Origin: an uncultured bacterium
Lineage (GTDB): Bacteria; Verrucomicrobiota; Kiritimatiellia; RFP12; UBA1067
DNA length: 64,000 nt
NCBI GenBank assembly: GCA_902776615.1
Contig: CACYQU010000001.1
Coordinates: 10,411-74,410, forward strand
Direction: 5' to 3'
In this document: one piece after another, positions 62,483 to 64,000 of the stretch
Layout of the letters: each line of letters opens with the position of its first letter
Position numbering within the stretch: the stretch's first letter is position 1
Translations under genes and position numbers: made by a program
The notes under the pieces: model-generated
Told to the model about the DNA's origin: nothing
The model's database searches: none
Seen by the model: only the letters and a program-made list of their open reading frames with translations

Positions 62483-64000
62483 ATGAATGTGAAAAGTATT
62501 GCCGTTCTCGCGGCTGCGATTTCGGGCCTGGCACTTGCCGAAACGCCCGACAAGTTCGTGCGCTATGTCGAATCGACAGGGTCGCAATATGTCGACACCG
62601 GCGTCACGGGACGCTGGAACACCAAGGTCGAAGCGCAGGTGGAGTGGATGGATTTTGCCGACAGCGCGCTCGTCGGCTCCAGAACCAGCGGCTCGACCGG
62701 CTCCCGCCTCTACTTCTGCTACTGCCTCAATGGCGACGGGAACATGTACACGACGACGTCCGGCGGCGGCGAGAAGGTGGTTTGGAACGGCAATTGGGAG
62801 GCCCGTTGGGAGAAGAACCGCATCTACGACTTCTCCTCCGAGTTCTCCGCCACCAACGCCGCAGGCGAGACGACCAACATCATCAAGGCGGACGGCCTCG
62901 CCCTGTGGAGCAAGACGGCCGCCGCCCTCGACACCGGCTACTCCATCTACCTCTTCGCGTGCAATGTCGGCGGGACCGCAAGCTACAAGTCCAAGGCTCG
63001 CATCTACCGGCTGAAGATCTGGCAGGGGCCTGAAGACGGCGGCGACATGACGCTCCAGCGCGACCTCATTCCCTGCATGAAGAATGGAAAAGCCGGACTC
63101 TACGACGCGGTTTCCGGCGACATCCTCTACGGCTCCGGCTCGGATCTCGTCTGCGACGAAGACAGCGAAACCCCCGACGAGTTCGTCGAATACGTCGAAT
63201 CGGCATCCTACGGCTACATCGACACCGAAATCAACGCGCAGTCCGGCACGTCCGCCGAGATCGACCTCGCCGTGCTGACGACGCGCTCGCGCAACAAGGG
63301 CGTTCTCGGCGCCTACAAGTCCGACGGTGACACGCGCTTCTACCTGCTCTACTGCAACACGGGCGTGATGCGCACGGGCTACGGCGCGCTTTCCACGGGA
63401 AGCACCATCTATTCCGTGGGAAACCGCTATCTCGTGGAATCGTCCCTTTCGTCCGGCTCCCAGACGCTTGCCAGAACCAACATCGAGGAGGGCGGAGAAA
63501 AGACGACGCTCTACACCGGCTCGGACTCTTCGGAAATCGATCTTGGAATGCCGCTCTACCTCTTCGGCTACAACAAGGACGGGGAGCCAGACCAGGTTGG
63601 GCAATACCGCATCTACGGCTGCAAGATTTGGCAAGGCGGCGTTCTCGTCCGCAATTTCAAGCCGTGCCTCAAGGACGGCGAGTTCGCGCTCTTCGACGAT
63701 GTCTCGAAGCGCATCTTCCACGCGAAGCGCGGCTTCCTCAACGGCCCGGTCAACACGATTGTGGTAGGCCGCAACGCCAAGATAAAGTTTGTGGAATACA
63801 TCGAATCTTCCGGTTGGGAGACGCTCGACACGGGCGTCCGCGCCCGCGCCGGAACGCGAGCCAAAGGCGATTTCGCCTACACCGACATCCAGGGCATGCG
63901 ATACGACAAATACCGCTACCTGCGCGAGCCGGTCAACCCCACGGAGCACCGGACATATCTCGGCGCGGACAATCCAGATGAATGGCCGACGTATTTCCTC
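62483..64000 (+). CDS. Secreted protein made of tandem ~205-aa domains (at least 3 copies); 3' end outside window; not in supplied ORF track
   Basis: I translated it by hand: 506 codons with no stop, running to the window edge. An AAAGGATTAGATC SD region and a signal peptide (MNVKSIAVLAAAISGLALA) are present. Domain starts are FVRYVESTGSQYVDTG (62555), FVEYVESASYGYIDTE (63182) and FVEYIESSGWETLDTG (63788). Confidence 0.8.
   Translation, partial: MNVKSIAVLAAAISGLALAETPDKFVRYVESTGSQYVDTGVTGRWNTKVEAQVEWMDFADSALVGSRTSGSTGSRLYFCYCLNGDGNMYTTTSGGGEKVVWNGNWEARWEKNRIYDFSSEFSATNAAGETTNIIKADGLALWSKTAAALDTGYSIYLFACNVGGTASYKSKARIYRLKIWQGPEDGGDMTLQRDLIPCMKNGKAGLYDAVSGDILYGSGSDLVCDEDSETPDEFVEYVESASYGYIDTEINAQSGTSAEIDLAVLTTRSRNKGVLGAYKSDGDTRFYLLYCNTGVMRTGYGALSTGSTIYSVGNRYLVESSLSSGSQTLARTNIEEGGEKTTLYTGSDSSEIDLGMPLYLFGYNKDGEPDQVGQYRIYGCKIWQGGVLVRNFKPCLKDGEFALFDDVSKRIFHAKRGFLNGPVNTIVVGRNAKIKFVEYIESSGWETLDTGVRARAGTRAKGDFAYTDIQGMRYDKYRYLREPVNPTEHRTYLGADNPDEWPTYFL

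Noticed and set aside
62402-63949. 515-aa minus-strand ORF, the longest ORF listed for this region
   Set aside because: It is antisense shadow of the + strand gene starting at 62483. Its composition is Ala/Gly/Arg/Val-rich, and it has no promoter, SD or signal features. The + strand frame has all of these plus an internal domain-repeat structure.

Overview
This is 64 kb of high-GC bacterial chromosome (about 60-67% GC in the stretches I counted by hand), and it is very densely packed. I call 52 protein-coding genes (47 on the + strand, 5 on the - strand) and one tRNA with a CAT anticodon. I found no rRNA, transposase, integrase, CRISPR array or cas genes.

Most genes are housekeeping: pfp-like PFK, a DEAD-box helicase, tsaC, ybaK, an rpiB::glyA fusion, era, pyrE, nusB, ribD, ribE, clpC, dnaG, potABC, queD, queC, rsmD, serA, xseB, citrate synthase, hrpB, pgpA, lysS and mfd.

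Accessory and secreted functions are interspersed:
- a sulfatase with an anSME-like maturase
- a hybrid sensor kinase and a separate HK/LuxR-type RR pair
- a large LamG/beta-helix-like secreted protein
- a GDPD-EEP-GH5 tri-domain enzyme
- a protein joining a transglutaminase-like and a C25/gingipain-like domain
- a secreted protein built of tandem ~205-aa domains; it runs off the window end and is absent from the supplied ORF track

Many long ORFs in the track are antisense shadows, as expected at this GC content. Many '+' ORFs carry spurious N-terminal extensions, which I trimmed using start-codon context and family-typical N-termini.

Observations most worth a second look:
1. A kinase-less McsA/McsB-like chimera is translationally coupled to clpC.
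2. An orphan GHKL (Bergerat-fold) ATPase is wedged between xseB and citrate synthase in a leaderless, overlap-coupled operon.
3. A near-invariant extended -10 (TGGTATAAT) precedes most operons. Seven genes begin 8-10 nt after it and so appear leaderless. Three more operons begin with leaderless mini-ORFs that end on the main start codon.
4. A six-unit array with a strict 22-bp period and a CCCTAAGGG core lies upstream of the tRNA.
5. A 27-nt direct repeat (26/27 identical) brackets the 8.2-kb two-component/secreted-protein block.
6. A perfect 20-bp palindrome sits at about -43.5 of the secreted-protein promoter, next to the LuxR-type regulator.

Gene content (sulfatase/anSME, PPi-type PFK, GH109-like enzyme, flavodiiron protein, LamG-type secreted giants) suggests an anaerobic PVC-group organism such as Kiritimatiellota or Lentisphaerota. 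That is a low-confidence inference. All similarity statements come from reading the translations, not from searches.
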